Positions 25,554 to 35,196 of a stretch of 64,000 bases of DNA are shown piece by piece (position 1 is the first letter of the stretch; each line of letters starts with the position of its first letter). The notes beneath the pieces were generated by a model. That model was not told where the DNA came from. It worked only from the letters and a program-made list of their open reading frames with translations, and did no database searches. Position numbers and translations under genes: made by a program. Where the stretch lies: the NCBI GenBank assembly GCA_964383765.1, contig CAYLHT010000001.1, forward strand, positions 100,998 through 164,997, given 5' to 3'. This DNA comes from an uncultured Gammaproteobacteria bacterium. GTDB taxonomy: Bacteria; Patescibacteriota; Patescibacteriia; SBBC01; CAIJZX01.

Positions 25554-25892
25554 ATGCGCCTCTTCCCCCGCAAATCGAAACAGACTCCCGGTGCATTTTA
25601 CTTCGGCGAATTCGACGACAAACCACTAGCACCATTCAGCATTAGCCTAGCCGAGTTCGGCGCGGACTTTTCCGGTGAGCCAGTACATTACCACGCTAAG
25701 AATCAGAAAGTATTTGTGACCCTTGAGGGTGAGGGCGTGTTGGAAGTGAACGGCCAGGAGGTGCCGATGACTCCCGAAAACATGATTCACATTGAACCGG
25801 GAGAACGGCACAGAATTGTTCGTGTGACCAAAGCACCGCTGAAGTTCATCGTGGTCCTTTCGGCCAAGGAGAACGATAAAGTTGTAGAATAG
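25554..25892 (+). CDS. Cupin domain protein
   Basis: 112 aa. HYHAKNQKVFVTLEGEGVLEVNG ... IEPGERHRI. Confidence 0.7.
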   Translation: MRLFPRKSKQTPGAFYFGEFDDKPLAPFSISLAEFGADFSGEPVHYHAKNQKVFVTLEGEGVLEVNGQEVPMTPENMIHIEPGERHRIVRVTKAPLKFIVVLSAKENDKVVE

Positions 25893-25960
25893 GTCGACCT
25901 GATTGCGCCGCAGCTAATCTCGACCTATACTACACACACTCAATCGAAGACTACTTTTCT

Positions 25961-26341
25961 ATGATGAAAGACTTTAAAACCTTTATCGCTCGCGGAAATG
26001 TGATTGATCTGGCCGTTGGCGTGATCATCGGCGGTGCTTTTGGAAAAATCGTGACCTCACTCGTGACCGACATCATCACCCCGGTGATTGGACTGATCAC
26101 CGGCGGCGTAGACCTGAGCGGACGACAAACCCGAATAGGGGGAACTGACGCGGCGCCGGTCTATATGCACTGGGGGTCGTTTATTCAATCGGCTGTTGAT
26201 TTTTTTATCATCGCCGTCGTGATTTTCTTGTTCGTCAAAGTCATCAATGCTATGCGTCAACCCACACCGGAGCCACCGCCGTCCATGACCAAGGACCAAG
26301 CGTTATTGACCGAAATCCGCGATGAGCTGAAACGGCGCTAG
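25961..26341 (+). CDS. mscL: Large-conductance mechanosensitive channel
   Basis: 126 aa. FKTFIARGNVIDLAVGVIIGGAFGKIVTSLVTDIITP. Confidence 0.93.
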   Translation: MMKDFKTFIARGNVIDLAVGVIIGGAFGKIVTSLVTDIITPVIGLITGGVDLSGRQTRIGGTDAAPVYMHWGSFIQSAVDFFIIAVVIFLFVKVINAMRQPTPEPPPSMTKDQALLTEIRDELKRR

Positions 26342-26409
26342 GGCTGTTTGTTGACGTTTGACACCACACAAAAAAATCCAGTACACTCACCGACATCAAC
26401 CCACTCTCT

Positions 26410-27468
26410 ATGGCCGCCTCAACGACGAACTACATCGATAAGATCTTCACGACAGCTGTTGAGAAGGGTGCGTCTGATATCCATATTGTCGAGGGTTTAC
26501 CCCCGATTTTGCGTATCGACGGTGAGTTGCAAAAAGTTTCCGGTGAGCAACCGCTGACGCCAAAAGATACACTCGAGATCTGCTACAGTTTATTAGTCGA
26601 TTCTCAAAAGGAGGTCTTCGACGCCGAACGCGAACTTGATCTTGGGTACGAAATCAAGAACCTATCACGGTTCCGGGTCAACTTGCACTGGGAAAAGGGG
26701 AGCGCCGGCTTGGTGGCTCGGGTCATCTCCAATAAAATTCCGACCATGGAGGACCTCGGCATGCCGCCGATTACCTATGACCTGGTGCGCTTGAAACAGG
26801 GCTTGATTCTTGTCACCGGTCCAACCGGCATGGGCAAATCCACCACCTTGGCTGGCATGATTAACCTGATTAACTCCGAACGCTCAGCCCATATTGTGAC
26901 CTTGGAAGACCCGATTGAGTTCGTCTACAGTCCCAAGAAGTCGGTCATCAAGCAACGCCAGCTCGGAACGGACATGATGTCGTTCGCGCAAGGCTTGAAA
27001 CACGTTTTGCGCCAAGACCCGAACGTGATCATGGTCGGCGAAATGCGCGACTTGGAAACGATTGCTTCGACGATCACCTTAGCTGAAACTGGTCACTTAG
27101 TGTTAGCCACCTTGCATACCCTGAACGCCGCTCAAACGATTGACCGGATTATCGACGTCTTCCCACCGTACCAACAAGCCCAGGTGCGGTTACAGATTTC
27201 ATTGTTCTTGAAAGGCATTATTTCCCAACAGCTCCTACCCGGCGCCAATGGCGGACGGGTGGCTGCCCGGGAGGTTCTGATCAACTCCCCGGCCATTGCC
27301 AACTTGATCCGCGAGAACAAAGTCGCTCAGATTAAAACCGCGATTCAGACTAGCGCCGAGGACGGGATGTTCACCATGGATCAAAATATCAAAAAACTCT
27401 TCGGCGACAACATCATCTCGGAAGAGACGGCGTTGGCCTATATGGTCAATCCGTCTGAATTGAAGTAG
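26410..27468 (+). CDS. pilT: Type IV pilus retraction ATPase PilT
   Basis: 352 aa. Walker A GPTGMGKST, Asp box, Walker B, His box (TGHLVLATLHT), and the AIANLIRENK motif. Confidence 0.92.
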   Translation: MAASTTNYIDKIFTTAVEKGASDIHIVEGLPPILRIDGELQKVSGEQPLTPKDTLEICYSLLVDSQKEVFDAERELDLGYEIKNLSRFRVNLHWEKGSAGLVARVISNKIPTMEDLGMPPITYDLVRLKQGLILVTGPTGMGKSTTLAGMINLINSERSAHIVTLEDPIEFVYSPKKSVIKQRQLGTDMMSFAQGLKHVLRQDPNVIMVGEMRDLETIASTITLAETGHLVLATLHTLNAAQTIDRIIDVFPPYQQAQVRLQISLFLKGIISQQLLPGANGGRVAAREVLINSPAIANLIRENKVAQIKTAIQTSAEDGMFTMDQNIKKLFGDNIISEETALAYMVNPSELK

Positions 27469-27586
27469 TCAGTACTTCCCTTTCAGAGATGACAGGGTGA
27501 TTTTGGATTGACATTTTTTTGAGTACCTGGTAGCGTCTCCTCTCGTTCATTTGTTCATCGAAAAAACTGTCCTTCCGGAGGTCCGG

Positions 27587-28240
27587 ATGCCGAAAAACGG
27601 TTGGCGTTGGCTGGTGAAGTGTTTGATGTGCTGCATCTATGCCTGGTTGGCATGGCGCGGAGGTTTCTTCAAAGTTCTTCCTGAGTTGGGTGCCTTCCTT
27701 TCAGTTCAGCCATGGGTCGCCAGTCGCGGTTCAACCTTTTCAAGGTCTACGATAAGCGTTCTGCTTGGGCTGGCCGTGATTGACTTCATGGTCACGGTGG
27801 GGATTGCCAGGGCCATGTACTTCATCACCCAACTTCGGCGCGAGAAGTTCCCCACAGGCCGCGTCTTGCCCGAACAGTTTCCGAAACGGATGCTGCCGGT
27901 GATCGCGGTTGTGTGTGTGGTGTGCGAGGAGCTGATCTTTCGCGGGTTGTTGCTCGGTGTCGTATGGGGTATCCCTAGACTTCACACCCTGTCGATGTTT
28001 TGGATCTTGATGGTCATCGGAAATCTCTGCTGGGGGTTACTCCACCTCCCGAACTTCGAATTCAGCGCCGGTTGGCAGAAAGTTCCGACGGTGTTGATTC
28101 ACTGGGTCGCTGGATTCTGGTACAGCTTCGCATTTGTGAAGTATGGCTTACTGTCGGCCATCATCCTGCACCTGGCATACGATGGCATGTTGTCCGTCAG
28201 CCGGATCATACCGGCTGATAACGCCCCTACGAAAAGCTGA
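27587..28240 (+). CDS. CPBP family intramembrane glutamic endopeptidase (CAAX protease-like)
   Basis: Trimmed to the ATG after GGAGG. Contains EELIFRG, LLHLPNF and ILHLAYD motifs; polytopic. Confidence 0.8.
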   Translation: MPKNGWRWLVKCLMCCIYAWLAWRGGFFKVLPELGAFLSVQPWVASRGSTFSRSTISVLLGLAVIDFMVTVGIARAMYFITQLRREKFPTGRVLPEQFPKRMLPVIAVVCVVCEELIFRGLLLGVVWGIPRLHTLSMFWILMVIGNLCWGLLHLPNFEFSAGWQKVPTVLIHWVAGFWYSFAFVKYGLLSAIILHLAYDGMLSVSRIIPADNAPTKS

Positions 28241-28253
28241 AGGGGCGTTTTTA
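28223..28253 (+). terminator. Rho-independent terminator
   Basis: GCCCCT (28223-28228) pairs with AGGGGC (28241-28246), followed by GTTTTT. The stop codon lies in the loop. Confidence 0.55.
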
Positions 28254-28280
28254 TAAAAACCATCGGCTGTCGCCGATGGA
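28252..28280 (-). terminator. Rho-independent terminator for the convergent gene
   Basis: CCATCGGC (28260-28267) pairs with GCCGATGG (28272-28279), with a T-tract on the minus strand. Confidence 0.5.
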
Positions 28281-28294
28281 TACTTGTGTTCTGC

Positions 28295-28852
28295 CTAGTG
28301 CCCCCGTAGCTCCGGCGGGCGTTTGGGTAGGTCACGCGCGGCCAAGAACTTGGCGTCTTCGTAGTCTTGCCAGTCGGCCCAGTCACCCGGCGCTTGCAGG
28401 TGCTGTAACGGTTCTCGAATCAGCCGACGGCCCGAGAGCGGATAATGAGCTACGATTCGGTCGATCGTGACCTTCATACGTGAGGGGTCGATGGTGGAAG
28501 GCATCTCAGACACCAACCGGTCATGGATCGGCCCACGCGCGTCACGCTGATACTCGCCGTGGTTATCGAACGCGGTGAAACGCCCAATGTCGAGATACCA
28601 GACGTCCTCGGTCTGACTGGTGCCAATCGGTTGACCGGCGTAGATGAGGGTGTCGCTCAGCTCGGCGGTGACGATGGCGCTACTGTGCCGCTTCGGCTTG
28701 ACCACGCTCGAGGTGACCGACTCCGTCACGGGTCGACGCAATTCCGCTTGCGGAGCGAGCAAGTGGCTAACCGGTCGACCGGCCAGCAACCCAAACCCGA
28801 TCACCAGCGTGGTCAACATCGCAACTCTGATATTCGTGTTATGATCACGCAT
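28295..28852 (-). CDS. Membrane-anchored hypothetical protein (185 aa)
   Basis: N-terminal TM helix VAMLTTLVIGFGLLAG. No motif recognised. Confidence 0.5.
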   Translation of the reverse strand: MRDHNTNIRVAMLTTLVIGFGLLAGRPVSHLLAPQAELRRPVTESVTSSVVKPKRHSSAIVTAELSDTLIYAGQPIGTSQTEDVWYLDIGRFTAFDNHGEYQRDARGPIHDRLVSEMPSTIDPSRMKVTIDRIVAHYPLSGRRLIREPLQHLQAPGDWADWQDYEDAKFLAARDLPKRPPELRGH

Positions 28853-28984
28853 GGCGACCCCTTTCTGAGTGTCAGAGGAGATTCAAGGTGCTGCAAATTA
28901 CCCTAGTCCTACACCCGGGACCGAGGCATGTCAAGAATTTTCAAACTGGTCCCGAGAGCTGGGACCTATTCACCAACTCGACAG

Positions 28985-30433
28985 TTAAAGTCCCGATAAA
29001 TCAGTCACCGCTGCGGGCGGGGTTTGATCGAGACCGTTATATCCGAAATTAGCGTCGGTCACTTTCGTATCCCCGGTATTAACGAATTTGATGACGGTGG
29101 GCGTAGTGGGGCTAAACCCAGTCAGGGGCGGCGTGCCATAGTCGAGCGTGTCTGGCTCAACTTGCACCCACATGGTTGTCGAGGGGAGTTCCCCAAAGAA
29201 GAAGGATATCGGAATCCGGTAAGTACCGTACACGGGGTGAGCCCGGGTGCCCGTCATTCCGGTTTGGGTGGACATGAAGACGGTGTCGGTATTCGGGTCG
29301 AATTGTCCATCACCATTATCGACGAACAGGTTCACCACCAGATCACTCGACCCATTCTCCCAGGAATCAATTTTGCCATTTGAGTTTTCATCAATCCAGA
29401 CTCGACCCGAGACCTGAGCGGTTGATGTCGGTGAAAGAGTAAAAACATTATTCGGCCATGTCAGTCGTTCGAAGTCTAACCACCCACCACCCGAGCCGAC
29501 TCGGCCAAAATATTCAGTCCCAGCTTCATCGGTAAAGTATTCGGATGCATATTCATCGCCGCCGACAGCCGGTAAGTCGGTGTAGCCGGTGTACGGGCCA
29601 GTGATTGATGGTGCGGTGGCGTACTTCAAGCATTTAGAACTACGCCAAGCACAATTACCGGTCCAGACGAGCCACCAGGTTCCGTTGTGCTGAAAAACAT
29701 GAGGGGATTCAGCGGTGTACCCGCCAGTCGTGAAAATATATCCAGCATCAGACCAGGTGGTCAGGTCGGGCGAAGTCAGCAAACCCACGATGGCGGGGTT
29801 GGCGATCCCGGTCAGCGGATCCTGGTTGATCGTCTTCGCCCGAGTGGTGTAGAACATTAGCCACTGATTGTGTTCCGCGTCCCAGGTGACGTACGGATCA
29901 CGACATTCCGTGTTGTACCCGTTGGTATTCGGGTCCCAGTACACCCAGCTGACGGTTGAGCAATCGACCACCGGATTACCACTATCTTTTGTCCAGGTGG
30001 TGCCGTCTGGTGACGTGGCGTGACCGATTTGCTGGATTAAATGATTATTGCTGAGCTTCACCCCGGCGTACCACAAGTGATACACCCCCTGCGTCTGTAC
30101 CGTCGCGGGTGCCCAAACGTCATACGAATCCCAAGCACCGGTTGGACCGACCGGAATGGCTGGCCCAATATCGTTCCAGAGGATTAAGTCTTTGGAGGTC
30201 GAATGAATCAACCCTGGGCTACCCGGCCCGGCTGGATCGGGGTTGTAGTAGGCGTGAATGCCAATCAGATGCCAGGTATCACCGACCTTGAAGATCGTAA
30301 AGTCTTTAGTGCGGGTTCCATCCGATGCATAGTACGATCCGGCGTTGGCTGATCGGTCTCCGCCGAAGATGACAACCGAACAGACGAAGGCGAGGATCGT
30401 CAAAGTGATTCCAGTTCGTCGGGAGCTTTGCAT
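28985..30433 (-). CDS. Secreted glycoside hydrolase-like five-bladed beta-propeller (GH32/43/68-like) with C-terminal SdrD-B/Cna-B-like domain
   Basis: 482 aa. Signal/TM sequence, repeated W-rich blades, RDP motif (CRDPYV), ESP acid motif, then GRVWIDENSNGKIDSWENG. Confidence 0.65.
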   Translation of the reverse strand: MQSSRRTGITLTILAFVCSVVIFGGDRSANAGSYYASDGTRTKDFTIFKVGDTWHLIGIHAYYNPDPAGPGSPGLIHSTSKDLILWNDIGPAIPVGPTGAWDSYDVWAPATVQTQGVYHLWYAGVKLSNNHLIQQIGHATSPDGTTWTKDSGNPVVDCSTVSWVYWDPNTNGYNTECRDPYVTWDAEHNQWLMFYTTRAKTINQDPLTGIANPAIVGLLTSPDLTTWSDAGYIFTTGGYTAESPHVFQHNGTWWLVWTGNCAWRSSKCLKYATAPSITGPYTGYTDLPAVGGDEYASEYFTDEAGTEYFGRVGSGGGWLDFERLTWPNNVFTLSPTSTAQVSGRVWIDENSNGKIDSWENGSSDLVVNLFVDNGDGQFDPNTDTVFMSTQTGMTGTRAHPVYGTYRIPISFFFGELPSTTMWVQVEPDTLDYGTPPLTGFSPTTPTVIKFVNTGDTKVTDANFGYNGLDQTPPAAVTDLSGL

Positions 30434-30582
30434 ATAATTATTTTACAGCATTTGCCACACTTCCCGAAATTGTCAGGATGAGATGAGTGCACGGTGCCCC
30501 CATCCTAATTGCAAAAACTCAAAAATCACAAGTTTTTGCGTTTCCTGTTCTCGGATTAAAAATTTCGAAGGATTTTCTCTGT

Positions 30583-30658
30583 TGGTCGGGGTACCGAGAC
30601 TCGAACTCGGGACCTCCTGCTCCCAAAGCAGGCGCGCTTCCAGGGCTTCACCGTCCCG
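30583..30658 (-). pseudogene. Degenerate/chimeric tRNA-Pro(TGG) copy with encoded CCA
   Basis: The 3' two-thirds is perfect: GCGCG-CCTGC-TTTGGGA-GCAGG-AGGTC-CCGAG-TTCGAGT-CTCGG-TACCCCG-A-CCA. The 5' strand CGGGACG-GT-GAAG pairs at only 4 Watson-Crick positions plus one G:U of the 7 acceptor positions, and at 1 of 4 D-stem positions. Confidence 0.55.
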
Positions 30659-30759
30659 ATTACGGGACAGGGCTCAGCCCGTCTCGGCGGTCGCGAGTGA
30701 AGCAGTTCACTCGCTGTTTCCGCCTCGACCCAACTTCGCTACTCGACATATGCCCGCAG
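30659..30759 (-). other. Hairpin-rich spacer between the two tRNA-Pro copies
   Basis: Read on the minus strand: a 9-bp hairpin GCGAGTGAA-CTGC-TTCACTCGC (30693-30714) enclosed by CGAGGCGG/CCGCCGAG; GGGC-TGA-GCCC; and GTCCCG-TAAT-CGGGAC, which sequesters the 5' end of the degenerate tRNA. There is also a tRNA D-arm-like TAGCGAAGTTGGGTCGAG. Confidence 0.5.
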
Positions 30760-30832
30760 TCGGGGCGGCGAGACTCGAACTCGCGGCCTCCTGCTCCCAA
30801 AGCAGGCGCGCTACCAACTGCGCCACGCCCCG
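30760..30832 (-). tRNA. tRNA-Pro (anticodon TGG)
   Basis: CGGGGCG-TG-GCGC-AGTTGGTA-GCGC-G-CCTGC-TTTGGGA-GCAGG-AGGCC-GCGAG-TTCGAGT-CTCGC-CGCCCCG-A. Confidence 0.92.
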
Positions 30833-30855
30833 ACAGCGGGCACTTACACGTGCGG

Positions 30856-30929
30856 TGCGCCCTGAGGGATTCGAACCCCCGGCCTTCTGGTCCGAAGCCA
30901 GACGCTCTGATCCGCTGAGCTAAGGGCGC
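30856..30929 (-). tRNA. tRNA-Arg (anticodon TCG)
   Basis: GCGCCCT-TA-GCTC-AGCGGATCA-GAGC-G-TCTGG-CTTCGGA-CCAGA-AGGCC-GGGGG-TTCGAAT-CCCTC-AGGGCGC-A. Confidence 0.92.
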
Positions 30930-31023
30930 AAGCGTGGCGTACCGTACCATGAATTATTTCTTTTTTCAAGACGAGGGCCGCCGCGTAACACGCGGCGGCC
31001 CAATTTCGAAGTATGATCTTATG

Positions 31024-31470
31024 TTATTTCCACGCCCCCAAGATCAACCCCATCACAATCAAGGTCACGAGTTGATTAAAGTAATTGATCCACAATAACT
31101 TCCACGGCCGGCCCTCGAAGACGTAAGCAACTTTCATGACTGGCAAAATAATGCCAATCCCGATCGCGAGCGCCAGCATCACGCCGTCCATGGCCGTCGC
31201 GTCCGTATAAATCTTGTGAATGAACCACGACAGTGTCAGAGCCTCGACAAAAGCGCCAATGATGGCAACTGCATAGCCCTTGGATGCGCCCTTTTTTAAG
31301 TCAGCTTCTTGCTTGCCAATCAACGCCATCCAGGCTTTGGCAAACCCAACCTTTGAATACCAGGCTGCGCCGATGACCATAGCGCTGATCATCGCCACCA
31401 GCACCGCCAAATAATTTATGGAAACGCCGTACAACATATGTGCTAATGAGTAAATAAGCGCCTTCAGCAT
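31024..31470 (-). CDS. DUF1761-like membrane protein
   Basis: The ORF 31024..31563 is trimmed to MLKALIY so that it does not overlap the divergent gene. Contains VIGAAWYSKVGFAKAWMALIGK. The start is uncertain. Confidence 0.6.
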   Translation of the reverse strand: MLKALIYSLAHMLYGVSINYLAVLVAMISAMVIGAAWYSKVGFAKAWMALIGKQEADLKKGASKGYAVAIIGAFVEALTLSWFIHKIYTDATAMDGVMLALAIGIGIILPVMKVAYVFEGRPWKLLWINYFNQLVTLIVMGLILGAWK

Positions 31471-31512
31471 ATCGTGTTTGCCGGGGAACCACAAACCTCG
31501 TAGAATGTCAGC

Positions 31513-31866
31513 ATGGAGGCTGACAAAAACCAAGCTGAATACAAGCGCTACGTTGAAGAACATTTGGCTGACTTAATGCCGGTTTTTGCCAACGCCTCGG
31601 TTGGAGATTTTTCGAAAGACGTGAAACTTCCGGCGACGGATGACGCCTTCGCCGAGATGTACGCCGGGGTCCAGATGATGTTGGACGTGATTCGAGAAAA
31701 AATCAGTGATCTGGAAAGGGCCAATGCCGATTTAGCGAACAAAATTCATGATTTGGAACGCCTGAATAAGTTCATGATTGGCCGGGAGTTACGCATGCGA
31801 GAGCTCAAACAGGCTTTGGCCCTCGCGCAGCAAGAACTGCAACGTTTCAAGTCTCCATCGGCATGA
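31513..31866 (+). CDS. Coiled-coil signalling-associated protein (117 aa)
   Basis: LERLNKFMIGRELRMRELKQAL coiled-coil motif. Its stop overlaps the start of the downstream kinase (ATGA). Confidence 0.55.
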   Translation: MEADKNQAEYKRYVEEHLADLMPVFANASVGDFSKDVKLPATDDAFAEMYAGVQMMLDVIREKISDLERANADLANKIHDLERLNKFMIGRELRMRELKQALALAQQELQRFKSPSA

Positions 31867-34058
31867 CGCGCCCTAAATACATCGCCGCAGTGCTCGGATT
31901 GGCCGCGGTCTACATCGTGGCAGCGAAGTTAGGTTTGTCGTTAGCATACACCACCAAACAAGTCACGACCGTTTGGCCCCCGACAGGAATTGCATTAGCG
32001 GTACTGTTACTTGGTGGACGTCGTCTGTGGCCCGGGGTGTTTATTGGCGCACTCGTCAGCAACTATCTCACCCATGAACCGCTCTGGGTCGCGATCGGGA
32101 TTGCCATCGGGAACACACTCGAGGCGTATCTCGGCGCAACCTGGTTGCGGCAATTCCGTGGTTGGCGCGATCAACTTGACCGGATCCGCGACGTCTTCGC
32201 TCTGCTCATTTACGCTGGGTTATTTGCCACCGCGGTCAGCGCCACCTTCGGCATTTCCAGTTTGATGTTGGGCGGACTGCTGAGCAGTCAGGCGGCGTTT
32301 AGCGCCTGGATCACGTGGTGGTTTGGGGACATGGCTGGGGCTTTGATCATCGCTCCACTCATCTTGATCTGGTCAAACTCGACCGCCCGGAAACGTTTAG
32401 GCAAGTCCACCATCGAAACCGTGATTTTATTCGTGATGCTCAGCCGCTTAACCTTCGTGATCTTTACTCGTAACGTCCACCAACAAGTCTTACTGGTCCC
32501 GGCCTACCTGATTCCGTACGTGATCTGGGCGGCGTTGCGACTACGACAAATTGGCTCGGTCACGGCGACGATGTTGATCGCGGTGGTAGCGGTCATCGGT
32601 ACGACGCACGGGCTGGGCCCGTTTTCGGTCCAGTCGCAAGTTGAAGTTAATTTACTTTTGTTGCAAGTCTTTATGCTGGTGATCAGCATGACCGGCCTGG
32701 TGCTTTCGGCGGCGGTGTCGGAACGTGACCAAGCAGAAGCGGACTTGCGGGAAGACCGGACGGAACTTCGGTTAGTCAACGAACGTTTGCAACAAGCCCT
32801 CTCGAGCGGAAAACACAACGAGCAGCACCTGTCCCAAACGGTCAAAGAACTGGAACGCACCAAAAAAGCCATGATGAATATCATGGAAGATCTTGAGCAC
32901 GACCGCGCCAGTACGGCCAAGGAACAATCCCAAGATGAAGCCATGCTGATGGCCATCGGAGATGGATTGGTGGTGATTGATGAAGACGCCAAGGTGGTGC
33001 TCGTGAATGAAGCCTTTGAACACTTGACCGGCTGGAGCGGTCAGGAGGCGCTCGGCAAGCCGATTTTTGAAGTTCTGCCAGCCCAAAATGAACACGGCGA
33101 CGCGGTCGCGAATGATCGTCGGCCATACACCAAGGTGCTCGAGACCGGGAAAACCGTCACGACCCGACTCGACGCCGCACCGTACTACTACGTGCGCAAA
33201 AACGGAGAGCGTTTCCCGGTGGCCATCACCGTCACGCCAATGATGCTCGGCGGAAAAATCGCGGGGACGGTCAACGTCTTTCGAGATATTACCCACGAGC
33301 TTGACATGAACCGCGCCAAAAGCGAATTCGTTTCGCTCGCTTCCCATGAGTTGCGGACCCCCCTAACGATCGTGCGCTGGTCAATCGATATGCTCAAGAG
33401 GTACACCGGAAAACTCAACCCGGCCCAACTGAAATATGTGAATGCGATAGAACAGACTGGATTGGATATGGTTAATCTGGTCGATGCGCTGCTCAACGTC
33501 TCAAGGATTGAGATGGGTACCCTGATGATCGAGCCCGAACCAACAAAACTCGATGAGCTTCTCTCCAAGGTCCTGACCGAATTCCAGCCCTTGATCGCAT
33601 CCAAGCGATTACGGATCCGCCAATCTGTTCCCCCATCTCTGCCGTCGATCCGACTTGATCGTCAACTGGTCCGGATGGCGATAACAAATTTGTTGACGAA
33701 CGCCATCAAATACACACCCGCCGGCGGGCAGATTACGATTGAAATTGAGATCGAGTCCGACCGGGTGGTGGTGACCGTGACGGACACTGGGTATGGGATT
33801 CCGACGAAAGAGCAGCCCAGGATTTTCGAAAAATTATTCCGGGCCGACAACATCAAGGAGTTTGAACCCCACGGGACTGGGCTGGGGTTGTACATCGCCC
33901 GGGCCGTGGTCGAACAGTCCGGCGGAAAAATGTGGTTTGAATCGGAAGAAAATCGAGGCTCCTCGTTTCACTTTTGGCTGCCACGCACTGGGGTAGCTGC
34001 CCGAGCCGGTTCCAAAACCTTACAGACGAGCTCACCCTCACCGAAATTACCGACCTGA
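31863..34058 (+). CDS. Sensor histidine kinase (MASE1 membrane domain-PAS-HisKA-HATPase_c)
   Basis: 731 aa. MASE1-like N-terminus (VWPPTGIALAVLL), a PAS region, H-box FVSLASHELRTPL, N box and G boxes (DTGYGIP, GTGLGL). Confidence 0.9.
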   Translation: MTRPKYIAAVLGLAAVYIVAAKLGLSLAYTTKQVTTVWPPTGIALAVLLLGGRRLWPGVFIGALVSNYLTHEPLWVAIGIAIGNTLEAYLGATWLRQFRGWRDQLDRIRDVFALLIYAGLFATAVSATFGISSLMLGGLLSSQAAFSAWITWWFGDMAGALIIAPLILIWSNSTARKRLGKSTIETVILFVMLSRLTFVIFTRNVHQQVLLVPAYLIPYVIWAALRLRQIGSVTATMLIAVVAVIGTTHGLGPFSVQSQVEVNLLLLQVFMLVISMTGLVLSAAVSERDQAEADLREDRTELRLVNERLQQALSSGKHNEQHLSQTVKELERTKKAMMNIMEDLEHDRASTAKEQSQDEAMLMAIGDGLVVIDEDAKVVLVNEAFEHLTGWSGQEALGKPIFEVLPAQNEHGDAVANDRRPYTKVLETGKTVTTRLDAAPYYYVRKNGERFPVAITVTPMMLGGKIAGTVNVFRDITHELDMNRAKSEFVSLASHELRTPLTIVRWSIDMLKRYTGKLNPAQLKYVNAIEQTGLDMVNLVDALLNVSRIEMGTLMIEPEPTKLDELLSKVLTEFQPLIASKRLRIRQSVPPSLPSIRLDRQLVRMAITNLLTNAIKYTPAGGQITIEIEIESDRVVVTVTDTGYGIPTKEQPRIFEKLFRADNIKEFEPHGTGLGLYIARAVVEQSGGKMWFESEENRGSSFHFWLPRTGVAARAGSKTLQTSSPSPKLPT

Positions 34059-34197
34059 GTTGCCCAGCCCCACTTTTCGAAAAAATGGCTATTGATCAAA
34101 TCGAAATATGTTGAAGTGACCTTCCAAAATGTACTTATCAGTTCATCAGAAAGTCGAGCTGGGTTGACCCTGATACATTGTATGCTACACTCGTGAT

Positions 34198-34584
34198 ATG
34201 ACAACGACCAACGGAAAAACCGTCTTAATTGTTGAGGACGAATCCCTGCTCTTGCAGGCGCTGGTCGATGCGTTTTCAGCCGAAGGTTTTTCCACGCTCG
34301 GTGCCGGAGATGGGCAAGAAGGATTATCCGTCGCGCGGCAAAAGCATCCCGACATTATTCTGCTGGATGTGATTATGCCGAAGATGGATGGAATGGCGAT
34401 GTTGAAAGAGTTGCGAACGGACGCGTGGGGTAAGGCCGTGCCGGTCATTATCTTGACGAACTTGAGTGATTACCGAACAGTCGCGGATGCGCTTGGTCAC
34501 GGGGTCCACGATTTCCTGGTCAAAAGTGATTGGGAAATCAACGATGTCGTTACGGCGGTAAAGCAAAAATTAGACATTAAATAG
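34198..34584 (+). CDS. Response regulator, receiver domain only
   Basis: 128 aa. VLIVEDE, phosphoacceptor context ILLDVIMPKMDG, and LTN/K motifs. Confidence 0.88.
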   Translation: MTTTNGKTVLIVEDESLLLQALVDAFSAEGFSTLGAGDGQEGLSVARQKHPDIILLDVIMPKMDGMAMLKELRTDAWGKAVPVIILTNLSDYRTVADALGHGVHDFLVKSDWEINDVVTAVKQKLDIK

Positions 34585-34692
34585 ACCGGCGCGTGACAGC
34601 TGCTCTACCCCCGGTTCGCCAGGGCGCTTTGTGGTCAGCTATGCTATTGTCTACCAACTTGTAAGAGTTATCCACTCCCTGCGTCTTCTACT

Positions 34693-35196
34693 ATGTCCGA
34701 CTCGGCTAATCAACACTTTCGCCGGCTGTACGAGTCGTACAGCGATGCTATTTTCCGCCATTGTTACTACCGGTTGAACGACCGGGAACGGGCCCTCGAT
34801 TTGGTCCAAGATACTTTTTTGCGGACCTGGCAGTACCTCGGCGCCGGCCATACCATCGACAATATGCGTGCCTTCCTCTACCGGGTAGCCAACAACCTCA
34901 TCATTGACGACCGTCGCAAGAAACAGTTGCTGTCGCTTGACCAACTGAAAGAAGACGGATTCGAACCGGCCAGCAACGCCGACCAGCGATTAAAAAATAC
35001 CATCGAAGCTGGCGATGTTTTGTCGACGCTCAATCGGCTTGAGCCGAACGAGCGGGAGGTTGTCCTCATGCGCTACGTCAACGATTTGAAGCCCAAAGAA
35101 ATCGCCGAGATTCTCGACGAATCGCCCAACGTCATTTCCGTGCGCCTCCATCGCGCCGTTAAACATTTACGTGAAATCCTCCGAACCCATGAATAA
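34693..35196 (+). CDS. ECF-type RNA polymerase sigma factor
   Basis: 167 aa. Region 2 (DLVQDTFLRTW) and region 4 (REVVLMRYVNDLKPKEIAEIL). Confidence 0.88.
   Translation: MSDSANQHFRRLYESYSDAIFRHCYYRLNDRERALDLVQDTFLRTWQYLGAGHTIDNMRAFLYRVANNLIIDDRRKKQLLSLDQLKEDGFEPASNADQRLKNTIEAGDVLSTLNRLEPNEREVVLMRYVNDLKPKEIAEILDESPNVISVRLHRAVKHLREILRTHE

Noticed and set aside
30483-30950. Track ORFs of 96-146 aa on both strands.
   Set aside because: They run through three tRNA genes and the structured spacer. The Arg/Pro/Ser-rich products are typical of translated tRNA DNA.
32504-33347. Minus-strand ORFs of 162 and 191 aa.
   Set aside because: They are antisense to the MASE1 histidine kinase, which has unambiguous H, N and G boxes.
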